From IMG/VR virus record IMGVR_UViG_3300025305_003938, positions 1 through 64,000 of that record: DNA of 64,000 nucleotides. One strand, given 5' to 3'. The notes beneath the pieces are model-generated. The model was not told where the DNA came from and ran no database searches. It was given only the letters and a program-made list of their open reading frames with translations. This DNA comes from a virus. Positions 45,062-55,773 of the stretch are shown here, piece by piece. The first letter of the stretch is position 1; each line of letters starts with the position of its first letter. The position numbers and the translations under genes are program-made.

Positions 45062-46402
45062 ATGACAAAGACTATCTATGTGCTAGACACTAGTGTTTAT
45101 TTAACAAACGCTGATTCAATTTTTTCCTTCAACGATAATGATATAATTATTCCGCTGAAGGTATTAGAAGAGGTAGACAAGCATAAGAAGCGCCAAGATG
45201 GCGCCGGCTTGAATGCTAGAACGATAATTCGAATATTAGATTCCCTAAGAGAAGAGGGCAGCCTCTATGAAGGCGTCGGCTTGGGCCCGGGCCTGGGAAA
45301 AATCAAGGTAAGAGGGATAGAGACAGTTCATACAGACCAGTTCCCTAAAGATCTGAATATGAACGTTCCCGACCATATGATCATCGCGACAGCTCTGTCT
45401 GAAAAGATAGATAGTCCCGAAAGCGAAATTGTGGTTGTCACGCGTGACATTAACATGCGCGTAATCTGTGACTCTCTGGGTCTGTCCTGTGAAGATTATA
45501 TTGACAATAAGATTGTTAAGAGTGGCGAAAGTATTTTTACAGGTCACGTGGCGCACAGCATAGAAGACTCAGAAATCGATGCACTCTATAGCGGTGAAGA
45601 GATATACTTAGATCCTGAAGAGATTGAAGTCTTTCCAAATCAATTTGTAATGTTGAAATCAAACATCAATTCAAAAAGAACGGTTTTGACACGATTTGTA
45701 AATTATGTTAGCCCTCTCGTCCGCGTCGCCGCTAACAGGGCTGGTGTCTGGGGGGTGAAACCTAGGAACAGGGAACAGACGTACGCCCTAGATATCTTGA
45801 TGAACCCAGATATATCCCTAGTTACGTTGATAGGCAAGGCCGGCTCCGGTAAGACTCTTTGTGCTATAGCCGCGGGAATACAGCAAACTTTAGATCCAAC
45901 ATCGGGTGATGCTGGCGAACCTAGATACACTAGAATGATCGTTTCTCGCCCCGTTCAGCCGCTAGGAAAGGATATTGGTTTCCTTCCCGGCACCCTGGAA
46001 GAGAAGATGCACCCATGGTTGATGCCGATTCAAGATAATCTGCAGTTCTTAATGGGTAACGACAAAGCAACGCTAGAAATGTACATGGAGCAGGGCACAA
46101 TTGAGATAGAAGCTCTGACCTATATCCGCGGCCGCTCGATAGCAAATGCTTTTATTATTATTGATGAGGCTCAGAACTTAACAACTCACGAATTAAAGAC
46201 TATTATTACAAGAGTTGGTGAGGGTACTAAAATTGTATTGACCGGTGATGTCGAACAGATTGATAATACATATATCGATGCTACTAGCAACGGTTTAACG
46301 CATGCAGTTGAGAAGTTTAAAGAAGCAGACCTAGCAGCCCACATCACCCTCTTGAAAGGTGAGAGATCTAAAGTTGCAACCCTCGCCGCAAAAATCTTAT
46401 AG
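45062..46402 (+). CDS. phoH: PIN-PhoH protein (PhoH2/YlaK-like)
   Basis: YVLDTSV PIN domain; GKAGSGKT, IGFLPG, YIRGRS, IIDEAQN, GDVEQID. Confidence 0.95.
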   Translation: MTKTIYVLDTSVYLTNADSIFSFNDNDIIIPLKVLEEVDKHKKRQDGAGLNARTIIRILDSLREEGSLYEGVGLGPGLGKIKVRGIETVHTDQFPKDLNMNVPDHMIIATALSEKIDSPESEIVVVTRDINMRVICDSLGLSCEDYIDNKIVKSGESIFTGHVAHSIEDSEIDALYSGEEIYLDPEEIEVFPNQFVMLKSNINSKRTVLTRFVNYVSPLVRVAANRAGVWGVKPRNREQTYALDILMNPDISLVTLIGKAGSGKTLCAIAAGIQQTLDPTSGDAGEPRYTRMIVSRPVQPLGKDIGFLPGTLEEKMHPWLMPIQDNLQFLMGNDKATLEMYMEQGTIEIEALTYIRGRSIANAFIIIDEAQNLTTHELKTIITRVGEGTKIVLTGDVEQIDNTYIDATSNGLTHAVEKFKEADLAAHITLLKGERSKVATLAAKIL

Positions 46403-46411
46403 GAGAATAGA

Positions 46412-46720
46412 ATGAGCACAGAAGAGAATCCAATATTAAAAGAAGTAGTCGAGCAGGATTCACCATTAAAAACTTTAGTGGTTAATTATGTCGGCACAGT
46501 ACACAGTCCAGAAAACGGAGAAGTTACCGTAGAAATGATTGTAGACACCATGGTTAAAGAATTTCCAGAATTTTTGATGGTTATCGCAGAAGAAAACTGG
46601 ATTAGAGGATATCACCAAGCGCTGGGCGATGTCGAAGAGGGCGAACGTTTGGCACAGGAACAATCCACTACTCCCGAGCAAACTGAAACGACTGAAGAAG
46701 TCCCCGCCGCAGCAGAATGA
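46412..46720 (+). CDS. hypothetical protein
   Basis: SD AGGAG. Confidence 0.75.
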   Translation: MSTEENPILKEVVEQDSPLKTLVVNYVGTVHSPENGEVTVEMIVDTMVKEFPEFLMVIAEENWIRGYHQALGDVEEGERLAQEQSTTPEQTETTEEVPAAAE

Positions 46721-47385
46721 TGAGAGATTTTGTAAAAGAGGCCGCATCACAGCCTAGGCGTGAATATCATATATACAATGATATCAACGTCTTAATCAAG
46801 GATTTCCCGCAGTCCGAAGAGGTTGATATTCCGGCCCTTTTATCAAAAATAGAATACACACTACCCAGATACTACTTCGATAATATTGACGTTGTTTATG
46901 TCGGCGAATTCGAAGATTTGGGTGATCGCAATGCTGCATTTTTAGATGGCGCTATCTATATGACGAGCACAGAACCAACAACACATGATATGTTAGAAAA
47001 TATTGTACATGAGGTTGCGCACTCCCTAGAGGGCGATCATGGTGATATGCTGTATGGCGACCAGAAGGTTATTAGCGAATTCCTAGGAAAAAGAGAAAGA
47101 CTTAGGTTAATTCTAGAACAAGAAGGTTACACAATCCCTGAAGAGTTCTACGAGCAGACCGAATACAACAGAAATTTTGATAAATTCCTAATGAATACGG
47201 TAGGGTACCCTACATTAACATATCTGACAATGGGCCTGTTTGTTAGCCCATATGGTGCCACTTCTTTGCGAGAGTATTTTGCAAATGCTTTTGAGCATTT
47301 TTATATCAATGATCGCGAAGATGTTAAGAAAGTAAGTCCGCAAGTTTACTTGAAGATTGACTATTTACATAAAACAGGAGAGTAA
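46717..47385 (+). CDS. HExxH zinc metalloprotease-like protein (lethal-factor-like)
   Basis: IVHEVAH...SPYG..SLREYFANAFE. Confidence 0.75.
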   Translation: MMRDFVKEAASQPRREYHIYNDINVLIKDFPQSEEVDIPALLSKIEYTLPRYYFDNIDVVYVGEFEDLGDRNAAFLDGAIYMTSTEPTTHDMLENIVHEVAHSLEGDHGDMLYGDQKVISEFLGKRERLRLILEQEGYTIPEEFYEQTEYNRNFDKFLMNTVGYPTLTYLTMGLFVSPYGATSLREYFANAFEHFYINDREDVKKVSPQVYLKIDYLHKTGE

Positions 47386-47386
47386 T

Positions 47387-47830
47387 ATGTTAAACACATT
47401 CAACGAACTTAAAAAGGAATTATCCCTAGATACCAGCACGAACACCTTGACAGTGACAATTGGCGTACCAAAGAAGACCAGAAGAACCTCATTGATTGTC
47501 GTAAAGGGTAAAACCGTTAAGAATTGGGTAGAGAATTCTGGCTATGTTGTTGTCGATACAATTAAATCAAATCGTATCGACAATAGCGAAAGCGTAGCCG
47601 ACAACACTTGGGTATATGAAGTGGAGAAATTGATTCAGGCCACCCAGCCGACAAAAATTGAAAAAGAAGACCCTCAGCCGGCCGCGAGACCAGAAAATCA
47701 AGAAAAAGAAGAAAAAGCTATTGACAATTCTGAAGCAGAGGCTATAATAGAGACTAAGACAGTGCAAAAGCGACCTAAAACTCGCAAAAAGGGAACTAAG
47801 ACAGTTCGGAGCACTAGAAAAGAGGATTAG
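47387..47830 (+). CDS. hypothetical protein
   Basis: SD AGGAG; CTATTTA at 47361. Confidence 0.7.
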   Translation: MLNTFNELKKELSLDTSTNTLTVTIGVPKKTRRTSLIVVKGKTVKNWVENSGYVVVDTIKSNRIDNSESVADNTWVYEVEKLIQATQPTKIEKEDPQPAARPENQEKEEKAIDNSEAEAIIETKTVQKRPKTRKKGTKTVRSTRKED

Positions 47831-48606
47831 TGTCTGCAAAAAAACATATATCTTTTAGCGAGCTAAAGGATTGGAAATTATGTCCGTTTTATCACAACTT
47901 AGCATGGATCAAGAAATTAAGCTCGTTTGAGGGCAATGAATACACCGCTTTTGGTACGGCTATCCACGACACCTGTGAGAAAAAGCTTCTAGAAAAGGGT
48001 TTTGACGAGAAGGAGCATTTTCTGACTTCTTTCAAGAAGACCCTGCAAATTCTAGAAAATAAGTCCGTAGTAATCGACACCTCTTTGATAGAAAAGATGG
48101 TTGAACAGGGCGTCGGTCTTCTTCCGGAAATCGAACCGGCCGTGAAGGAATATTTTCAAGAATTTGAAGTTGTTTCGACAGAAGAACAACTCTATGAACC
48201 CATTGAAGGTGCTGATGGCCTTTGTTTTAAGGGTTTTATCGATGCCGTGATCAAGACGCCGGATGGAAAATATCATATTATAGATTGGAAGACTTGTTCC
48301 TGGGGCTGGGATGCCCGGAAACGCCAAGATCCGATGGTGACATATCAGCTAACTTTATATAAGAAGTTTTTCTGTGAAAAGCACAATCTTGATCCGAAAG
48401 ATGTTGAAACCTACTTTGCTCTATTGAAGCGCACGGCTAAGAAAGACAAGGTTGAAGTTTTCAGAGTTACCTCAGGGCCAAGAAAAACTGAAAATGCTTT
48501 TAAACTTTTGATGAAGGCTGTTTATAATATAAAAAACAAGAAGGTCATCAAGAACCGTCTTTCTTGCACGCGGTGTGTGTTTAGGGGGACCGAACACTGC
48601 CCTTAA
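47830..48606 (+). CDS. PD-(D/E)XK exonuclease with Fe-S staple (Cas4/AddB-like)
   Basis: ISFS...CP; FGTAIH; GFIDAV; IIDWKT; QLTLY; CTRC...CP. Confidence 0.88.
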   Translation: MSAKKHISFSELKDWKLCPFYHNLAWIKKLSSFEGNEYTAFGTAIHDTCEKKLLEKGFDEKEHFLTSFKKTLQILENKSVVIDTSLIEKMVEQGVGLLPEIEPAVKEYFQEFEVVSTEEQLYEPIEGADGLCFKGFIDAVIKTPDGKYHIIDWKTCSWGWDARKRQDPMVTYQLTLYKKFFCEKHNLDPKDVETYFALLKRTAKKDKVEVFRVTSGPRKTENAFKLLMKAVYNIKNKKVIKNRLSCTRCVFRGTEHCP

Positions 48607-48615
48607 AGGAATAAA

Positions 48616-49881
48616 ATGGCAAAAAAGATTAAAATTTTCACATTAAGCGACCATCCGCTTTCGCCCTCTGGTGTGGGCACACAGACAAAGTACATGATAG
48701 AGGCTATGCTTAGAACTGGAAATTACCAGTTCGTAAGCTTTGGCGGCGCAATCAAGCATCACGACTACAGGCCAGTTAAAACAGAAGAGTGGGGTGATGA
48801 CTGGGTAATATACCCTGTTGATGGCTACGGAGATCAAGAGTCAGTAAGATCAGTAGTGTGGTCTGAAAAGCCAGATGTGCTGTGGTTTATGACAGATCCT
48901 CGCTTCTGGGACTGGCTATGGGCGATTGAAAATGAGATCCGGGCCAATGTTCCTATGGTCTACTATCACGTTTGGGACAACTATCCTTACCCTAAATTCA
49001 ACAAAGCTTTTTATGACTCCAACGATCATGTCGCATGCATATCGAAGCTAACGTATGATGTTGTACAGAACGTATCACCAGACGTAGGTAGCTCCTATGT
49101 TCCTCACACGGTTGACACAGGCATATTCAAGAGGCTCGATGAAGCGACAGTTGCGGAGTTTAAAGAAGAGCACTTCAAAAGCGCGAATAATCCAGATCGC
49201 TTAGTTTTCTTCTGGAACAATAGAAATGCAAGAAGAAAGCAGTCCGGCACTGTATTATGGTGGTTTAAAGATTTCTTAGACGTTGTTGGCCACAGTAACG
49301 CATGTTTGATAATGCACACCGAAACGGATGATGTACATGGCCAGGATCTGGAAGCTATAGCTAGAGAATTAAACCTCACAGATGGCCAAGTTCGCTTTTC
49401 GAAACAAAAAGTCCCACCGGAGTACTTAGCGCTCGCCTATAACATGGCCGATTGTACTATCAATCTCGCCGATGCTGAAGGCTTTGGTTTGGCAACTCTA
49501 GAGTCCTTAGCATGTGAGACTCCCATTATAGTCACAATGACCGGCGGTATGCAGGAGCAAGTTACAGATGGTGAGAACTGGTTTGGCATAGGCCTGGAAC
49601 CGGCCTCAAAGGCAATTATCGGATCGCAAGAGGTTCCGTACATCTATGAAGACAGGCTAGCCCGTAAAGACTTTTTAGATGCCATATTAAAGATTTATAA
49701 CATGACTCCAGCCCAACGCCAAGAATTGGGCGCCAATGGTCGTAATCACATCATGACAAACTATTCGTTTGATCAATATAGCAAAAACTGGGATGAGCTT
49801 TTTATGAGCATTCATGAAGAGTGTGGTTCGTGGTCGACAAGAAAAAATTATGAGTCTTGGACCTTCAAGGAGATAAAATGA
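48616..49881 (+). CDS. GT4 glycosyltransferase
   Basis: RNARRK; EGFGLATLESLAC. Confidence 0.9.
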   Translation: MAKKIKIFTLSDHPLSPSGVGTQTKYMIEAMLRTGNYQFVSFGGAIKHHDYRPVKTEEWGDDWVIYPVDGYGDQESVRSVVWSEKPDVLWFMTDPRFWDWLWAIENEIRANVPMVYYHVWDNYPYPKFNKAFYDSNDHVACISKLTYDVVQNVSPDVGSSYVPHTVDTGIFKRLDEATVAEFKEEHFKSANNPDRLVFFWNNRNARRKQSGTVLWWFKDFLDVVGHSNACLIMHTETDDVHGQDLEAIARELNLTDGQVRFSKQKVPPEYLALAYNMADCTINLADAEGFGLATLESLACETPIIVTMTGGMQEQVTDGENWFGIGLEPASKAIIGSQEVPYIYEDRLARKDFLDAILKIYNMTPAQRQELGANGRNHIMTNYSFDQYSKNWDELFMSIHEECGSWSTRKNYESWTFKEIK

Positions 49882-51962
49882 GAAAGAAGATTTTAGTCAA
49901 GGGCCCCGCCCTCTCACGTTCAGGGTATGGAGAACAGACAAGGTTCGCCCTCAGATCCCTCAGATCCCAGGAAGAGAAGTATGACATTTATTTACAGAAT
50001 ATCCCATGGGGTGCCACTGGGTGGATCTTTGAGGTCAACGAAGAGCGCGAGTGGATCGATAGTACACTAGCTAAAACTGTCAAGCATACAGCCTCTGGTG
50101 GCAAGTTTGATATGTCCTTGCAGGTCACAATCCCAAATGAGTGGGAAAAGTTAGCTCCGATAAACATCGGATATACGGCCGGCATTGAGACAAGCCAAAT
50201 CTCTCCACATTGGATTGAAAAATCAGAAGTGGTTGATAAGATAATCACAATATCCAAGCACTCCCGGGACGTTTTCTTAAATACAGTCTATGATGTGCAG
50301 AACAAGGAAACCGGTGCTGTCGTTAAGGGCTACAGATGTGAAACACCCATCGAAGTAGTCCACTACCCAGTGAGAAGCGTTGAACCGGCCGCTTTGAGTT
50401 TGGATCTAGAAACAGATTTTAACTTCTTGATGATAGCTCAATGGGGAGTTAGAAAGAACCTAGAGAATACCTTACGATGGTTTGTTGAGGAATTTATTGA
50501 TCGTGACGTTGGCTTAGTCCTCAAGACGAATCTAGCGAACGATTCGGTTATGGATCGCGTACATGCAGAAGAGCGCCTAAAAAGTCTTCTAGATTCGTAC
50601 AAAGACAGGAAGTGTAAAGTGTACATGATACACGGCACAATGTCTGATAGTGAATTGGCCGGACTCTACACACATCCGAAAATTAAAGCTCTAATTTCTT
50701 TAACTCACGGTGAGGGCTACGGCCTTCCAATTTTTGAAGCCGCTTATAGTGGCCTACCGATTGTCACTGCTGGCTGGAGTGGCCATGTAGACTTCCTAAG
50801 TGCCCCAGTTAAAGATAAGAAGGGCAAAATGAAAGTCAAGCCACTTTACGCATCGGTCGATTACGAAGTCAAGCGAATTCAGAAAGAGGCTCGATGGGAA
50901 GGCGTCATCGAAAAGAAATCAGAGTGGTGTTACCCCCGCGAAGGCAGTGCAAAAATGCGCATGCGAGAGGTCTTTAAAAACCATAAACTAGCCCAAAGTC
51001 GCGCCAACAAATTGCAGAGTTGGATCATCGATAACTTTACAGAAGAGTCGAAATATGAACAATTTGCGAATGCAGTTTGTAATGAAACGCTTAACTTAGA
51101 TTGTGAATATGTTTTTGTCAGCGACAGGTTCGCTGATCAAGCGCCCGGCGGAGCAGAATTGAGCCTGCAGGCTGTAATCGACAGCACACCAGCCGATTAT
51201 ATTAAACTTAACGCAGCTGACGTTAGTTTGGGTTTGATTGAAAAGTTGCAAGACAAAACTTGGATATTCTCTAACTTCACTTCTTTGGACAAGACTCTGA
51301 TTCCTGTAGTAGCAAGAGACTTAAAGTATTACTTTATAGAATCAGATTACAAATACTGCGAACACAGACTACCACAACTTTGCCAGATCTTCAATGGCTG
51401 CGAAGATTGTGATTGCGTCGAAAAAGAGTCCGGACAATTAATTAAATTGTTCTGTGATAACGCGCAGTTACTGTTCTTCCGTTCTGAGAAACAGCGCGAA
51501 CATCATTTATCTGCCCTGGCTCTAAATAAGAAGAAGACGAGAATAATGTCCGCTGTGTTCACATCGGAGATACTAGACTTACTGCAAGAAATGCGCACCA
51601 CGTTTGCCGACAAGAAAGTGGATGTTTGGGTTATTAGCTCCTCCCCGTCGTGGGTCAAGGGTCATCAAGCTTCTAAGAAATGGTGTGAAGAAAATAAGAA
51701 GAACGTATTTGAATTGCATGGTCGATCATATAAAGAATCCCTAGCTTGCTTAGCTCAGGCCCGCGGCCTCTGCGCATTGCCTCCGGGTTATGATACTTGT
51801 CCGCGGATGGTGATCGAAGCAAAATTATTAGGCTGTGATCTGGAATTGAATGATAATGTTTTACATGCGAAAGAGCACTGGTTCGATACAGATGATTTGG
51901 AGGTTGTAGATACACACTTAAGATCTGTCATTCCATCCTTCTGGGAGGCAGTAACTGGTTAA
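49878..51962 (+). CDS. two-domain GT-B glycosyltransferase
   Basis: SRSGYG, RKN, HGEGYGLPIFEA; second domain GGAELS...KG...DTCPRMVIEAKLLG. Confidence 0.88.
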   Translation: MRKKILVKGPALSRSGYGEQTRFALRSLRSQEEKYDIYLQNIPWGATGWIFEVNEEREWIDSTLAKTVKHTASGGKFDMSLQVTIPNEWEKLAPINIGYTAGIETSQISPHWIEKSEVVDKIITISKHSRDVFLNTVYDVQNKETGAVVKGYRCETPIEVVHYPVRSVEPAALSLDLETDFNFLMIAQWGVRKNLENTLRWFVEEFIDRDVGLVLKTNLANDSVMDRVHAEERLKSLLDSYKDRKCKVYMIHGTMSDSELAGLYTHPKIKALISLTHGEGYGLPIFEAAYSGLPIVTAGWSGHVDFLSAPVKDKKGKMKVKPLYASVDYEVKRIQKEARWEGVIEKKSEWCYPREGSAKMRMREVFKNHKLAQSRANKLQSWIIDNFTEESKYEQFANAVCNETLNLDCEYVFVSDRFADQAPGGAELSLQAVIDSTPADYIKLNAADVSLGLIEKLQDKTWIFSNFTSLDKTLIPVVARDLKYYFIESDYKYCEHRLPQLCQIFNGCEDCDCVEKESGQLIKLFCDNAQLLFFRSEKQREHHLSALALNKKKTRIMSAVFTSEILDLLQEMRTTFADKKVDVWVISSSPSWVKGHQASKKWCEENKKNVFELHGRSYKESLACLAQARGLCALPPGYDTCPRMVIEAKLLGCDLELNDNVLHAKEHWFDTDDLEVVDTHLRSVIPSFWEAVTG

Positions 51963-51963
51963 A

Positions 51964-52716
51964 ATGTCAGATACTCATTTTAAAATTGTTACTTCGATGT
52001 ACAACGTTGAAGATTGGATTAAAAGAACAGCGTCGAGCATAAAAAATCAGAACTACACAAATTTTCAATGTGTCTTCATTGATGATGCGTCCACTGACAG
52101 AACTGTGGAGATCTTAGAAAGCCTCGTAGGCGATGATGAGCGGTTTGCTGTTCTTAAGAATTCAGATAAGAAATATTCGCTAGGCAGGATCAACCAGGGT
52201 ATCGAGCATGCTTCTCCTGCCGATGAAGATATTATTCTGAGTGTCGACGGAGATGATTGGCTAGCCACAAAAAACGTATTAACTTATCTGGATGAGTTTT
52301 ATAAGAAGGAACAATGTTGGATGACATACGGAAGCTATATGGAATACCCAACAGGTATGAAGGGTATCGAAGCTTCGGCATATTCTCCGGAAGTCGTCCA
52401 AAATAACACATATAGAACAGATCGATGGCGTGCCTCCCATTTAAGAACATTCAAATACAAACTTTGGAAGAACATCGAAAAAGAAGACCTTCTAGACTGG
52501 AATGGCAATTTCTTCAAAACGACTATCGATAAAGCTTTCATGTACCCTATGCTGGAGATGGCCGGCCCCCGTGCCAAATATATAGACGAAACGCTCTACG
52601 TGTACAATCTGACAAATCCGCTTAACGTGCATAAATCCCGTCGAGAGTTACAATTAAAAACAAACGATTACCTGAGAGGCAAAGAAGCATATGACCGCAA
52701 AGACATATTGCATTAA
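51964..52716 (+). CDS. GT2 glycosyltransferase
   Basis: YNVEDWI, IDDASTD, VDGDDW. Confidence 0.9.
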   Translation: MSDTHFKIVTSMYNVEDWIKRTASSIKNQNYTNFQCVFIDDASTDRTVEILESLVGDDERFAVLKNSDKKYSLGRINQGIEHASPADEDIILSVDGDDWLATKNVLTYLDEFYKKEQCWMTYGSYMEYPTGMKGIEASAYSPEVVQNNTYRTDRWRASHLRTFKYKLWKNIEKEDLLDWNGNFFKTTIDKAFMYPMLEMAGPRAKYIDETLYVYNLTNPLNVHKSRRELQLKTNDYLRGKEAYDRKDILH

Positions 52717-53311
52717 AGAAGAATACATCCACAGAGATGAATATATCCAGAATGTACAAATAGGCTCTGGAGACAAGTTCCAAGATCGAGTGTACGCAAA
52801 AGCCCACGAGGTTTGCGAGCGTAATAATTGTATGACTGTACTGGATATTGGATGCGGATCTGCCTATAAGCTGATAAAATATTTTGGTGATAAAATTTTT
52901 TTAGGATTAGAACTTGAACCGAATCTGAGTTGGCTTAAAGAAACTTACCCTCATTACCACTTCCGACGTTCTGATTTTGACAACCCTCCCGGTGGCCACT
53001 TTGACTTGGTAATCTGCTCTGATGTTATCGAGCACTTAATAGATCCAGATCAGCTGCTAGAATTTGTACAAAAGCTAAGCTTTGGCACATTCGTTGTTTC
53101 AACTCCGGAGCGAGACAATATGCAGATTTTACAAAAGGGTCACACTTGGGATGGCCCACCACACAATGTCTATCACGTTAGAGAATGGACGGCACCAGAG
53201 TTCAAGCAATACATTTCTCAAACATTCAATGTCGAAGAACAGATATTAACGAAAGGTGAAGAAGTTAGTACAGTTGACGAGTGTCAAATCGTCGTTGCAA
53301 CTAGAAAATGA
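52691..53311 (+). CDS. class I SAM-dependent methyltransferase
   Basis: VLDIGCG, FDLVICSDVIEH, STP, HVREW. Confidence 0.9.
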   Translation: MTAKTYCIKEEYIHRDEYIQNVQIGSGDKFQDRVYAKAHEVCERNNCMTVLDIGCGSAYKLIKYFGDKIFLGLELEPNLSWLKETYPHYHFRRSDFDNPPGGHFDLVICSDVIEHLIDPDQLLEFVQKLSFGTFVVSTPERDNMQILQKGHTWDGPPHNVYHVREWTAPEFKQYISQTFNVEEQILTKGEEVSTVDECQIVVATRK

Positions 53312-54216
53312 AAGTTCTTCTAGACAATGTGAATTTAAATTCCACTAGTGGTCCGAATCACTTTGGATCAAAACTAAATAAATACATAAGTCGCCTGGGG
53401 TCGGAACTAGTATCACACCCTTCAGCTGCAGCTCCTGACATTCAATTGTCTTTTATAGAATCCTTCATCGATACGAATTTACCATTAGTTCAGCGCCTCG
53501 ATGGAATCTACTTCGATATTGATAAAGATAACAAGTTGCTAAACTCAAACATACTCAGGACATATGAGAGATCATCAGGAGTGATATTCCAATCCGAATA
53601 TTGCAGAGATCTCTGTTTTAGATATTTGGGAGAACACGACAATCATGCCGTCATTCATAACGGCGCCGATTATGAGCTAATAAGAGAGATTACTCCCATG
53701 GAGGTCCCTATGCTTAACAAATTCGAAACAGTGTGGTCTTGCGCCGGCCGCTGGCGACCATGGAAGCGCCTCCGACAAAACATAGAATATTTCATTAACT
53801 TTTCTGGACCCAACGACTGCTTGATTGTCGCTGGAGATGGTGGCGCCAGTGAGATGATAAAACACGATAGAGTATTTTATGTTGGTAGACTTCCGGTTGA
53901 TATCTTATTTTCTTTATATAAGAGATCTAAGCACTTTATACATTTGGCAAGATATGACGCTTGTCCAAACGTTGTAGTCGATGCCCGCGCCAGCGGCTGT
54001 CAGATCATATGCTCTTCTTTAGCAGGAACAAAAGAAGTCGCTGGCCCAGACGCTACCATTGTCGAAGATATCCCATGGGATTTGGAGCCGGTAAGCACAA
54101 CGAGAATTCCAGATATTAAGTTCGATAACATAACAAAGAACACATACGATACGAACATCGACATGTCCTTTGTTGCAAAAAAATACTTAAACTTTCTAGA
54201 AAAAACTTTACAATAG
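53308..54216 (+). CDS. GT4-like glycosyltransferase
   Basis: VIHNG, WRPWKR, DACPNVVVDA. Confidence 0.85.
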   Translation: MKVLLDNVNLNSTSGPNHFGSKLNKYISRLGSELVSHPSAAAPDIQLSFIESFIDTNLPLVQRLDGIYFDIDKDNKLLNSNILRTYERSSGVIFQSEYCRDLCFRYLGEHDNHAVIHNGADYELIREITPMEVPMLNKFETVWSCAGRWRPWKRLRQNIEYFINFSGPNDCLIVAGDGGASEMIKHDRVFYVGRLPVDILFSLYKRSKHFIHLARYDACPNVVVDARASGCQIICSSLAGTKEVAGPDATIVEDIPWDLEPVSTTRIPDIKFDNITKNTYDTNIDMSFVAKKYLNFLEKTLQ

Positions 54217-54223
54217 GATTATT

Positions 54224-55072
54224 ATGTTAGTACAAAAACAAGTTGATAAATTTATGATGAACCTGAACGTTGAGGATGGAGGCATCTCCAGAGTGCTCTA
54301 TCACATCGGAGAACGCGAGCTAGCGTTTATGTCTCTTTTGCGAGAGACAGTGCAGGAGGGCATGACATGTGTAGATCTGGGTAGTAATATCGGGTACACA
54401 ACTCTTTTTATGCTCGACAAGGTTGGGCCCCGCGGCCGCGTTTATGCAATTGAGCCCGACCCAAACAACCTAGGTCTCCTTCGAAGTAATGTTAGCCAGA
54501 ACCACTTCCTAGAAAACTGTGAGATCACTCAATGTGCAATTTCAGATACAGATGGTCAGTTAGACTTTTGGCAGGCCAGCGCTCCGAACCTGAGCAGTAT
54601 CACCAAACACAAAAATAGCACTCACAAAATCACCGTTGATTCTTACTGTCTTAACACTTTCTTGTCTGAGCGTTCCTATCCAAACTTTATAAAAATGGAC
54701 GTTGAAGGAGGCGAAGTCAAGATTTTTGAAGGTGGGCTGGAATACTTTACGAAAAATAGAGGCACCACACACTTCTTGGTCGAGGTGCATCCAGCAACCT
54801 ACAATGAAGACAACGACTTCGAAGCAGTGCTCAAAGAGTACTTCAAGATAGGATTCAACCCCAAATATGTTGTAACCACACCGGTGCCACAGCCGGCCTT
54901 ATTTGCTGATGCTGGTTACACTCCGTCCCGCACTGTTGAAACCGATGGTTTTCATCGAGGCGTCTACGATGATATTTCACAAGAACATCTACTAGAATTT
55001 TCTTGTAGAGAACATCCCGAGGGCCGCAGCAAGAAAATCGTAAGAAGCTTCATGCTTTCCAGAGAAGAGTAA
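54224..55072 (+). CDS. FkbM-family methyltransferase
   Basis: VDLGSNIGY, YAIEP, IKMDVEGGE. Confidence 0.92.
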   Translation: MLVQKQVDKFMMNLNVEDGGISRVLYHIGERELAFMSLLRETVQEGMTCVDLGSNIGYTTLFMLDKVGPRGRVYAIEPDPNNLGLLRSNVSQNHFLENCEITQCAISDTDGQLDFWQASAPNLSSITKHKNSTHKITVDSYCLNTFLSERSYPNFIKMDVEGGEVKIFEGGLEYFTKNRGTTHFLVEVHPATYNEDNDFEAVLKEYFKIGFNPKYVVTTPVPQPALFADAGYTPSRTVETDGFHRGVYDDISQEHLLEFSCREHPEGRSKKIVRSFMLSREE

Positions 55073-55080
55073 AACATTAA

Positions 55081-55773
55081 ATGTACTTTGACAAAGGATT
55101 GAATGACTTTGGGATAGTTCTAAAGGGGGCTAGTGTTGCAAGGATTCATAAGATAGTCGACAATTATCAAGACTGCTATATGGTTAATAATTTTGACCGT
55201 AATGCGAATAATGAAGAGTCTGAGTGGAGTTTAGTAGCTCCATTACTTCATGGAAAGAACATTGTTCATTTTGTCAATCGACTTGAAACGGCCCCCCTTC
55301 TAAGAGAACATTATGAAGAATTGAATATCCAACATATCCAGTTCACGAAAACAGAGCTGGACGCCCGCCTCCGCGACATGAAAAACCTTTATGAAAGCTA
55401 TGACCTAACTTGCCATATGCTTCCAGAGGAACTGTTAGAATATAATAGCTTCTTTACGGACAAATATTATATGCGCCCGGGCGATTCCAATTACGCTGTG
55501 AAGCACCCGAACACAGGTGTTTTATCGATCATTTATGCTGCTCATGTTTTGAAACCCAAGAACTTGTGGATTGCTGGTTTGGACTTTTATCAAAACGATT
55601 ACCTGTTCAGAAGGCCGTGGATTGCGCCCCTAAAGAATCAACAGTTGAAAATGAAAAACACTCAGATGGTAGAGCACTTTGTCGAGATCATCAAAAAGCA
55701 TCCGGATATTAATTTTAAGATGATAACTAATGCGAAATTACCAAGTTTAGATAACTTGGAGATCATAGAGTGA
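55081..55773 (+). CDS. putative sialyltransferase-like protein (GT42/Maf-like)
   Basis: IVLKGAS...MVNN; PNTGVLSIIYA...LWIAGLDFY; cluster context. Confidence 0.6.
   Translation: MYFDKGLNDFGIVLKGASVARIHKIVDNYQDCYMVNNFDRNANNEESEWSLVAPLLHGKNIVHFVNRLETAPLLREHYEELNIQHIQFTKTELDARLRDMKNLYESYDLTCHMLPEELLEYNSFFTDKYYMRPGDSNYAVKHPNTGVLSIIYAAHVLKPKNLWIAGLDFYQNDYLFRRPWIAPLKNQQLKMKNTQMVEHFVEIIKKHPDINFKMITNAKLPSLDNLEIIE

Noticed and set aside
47830-48606. Cas4-like nuclease as part of a CRISPR-Cas system
   Set aside because: No array or other cas genes; solo PD-(D/E)XK nucleases are common in phages.
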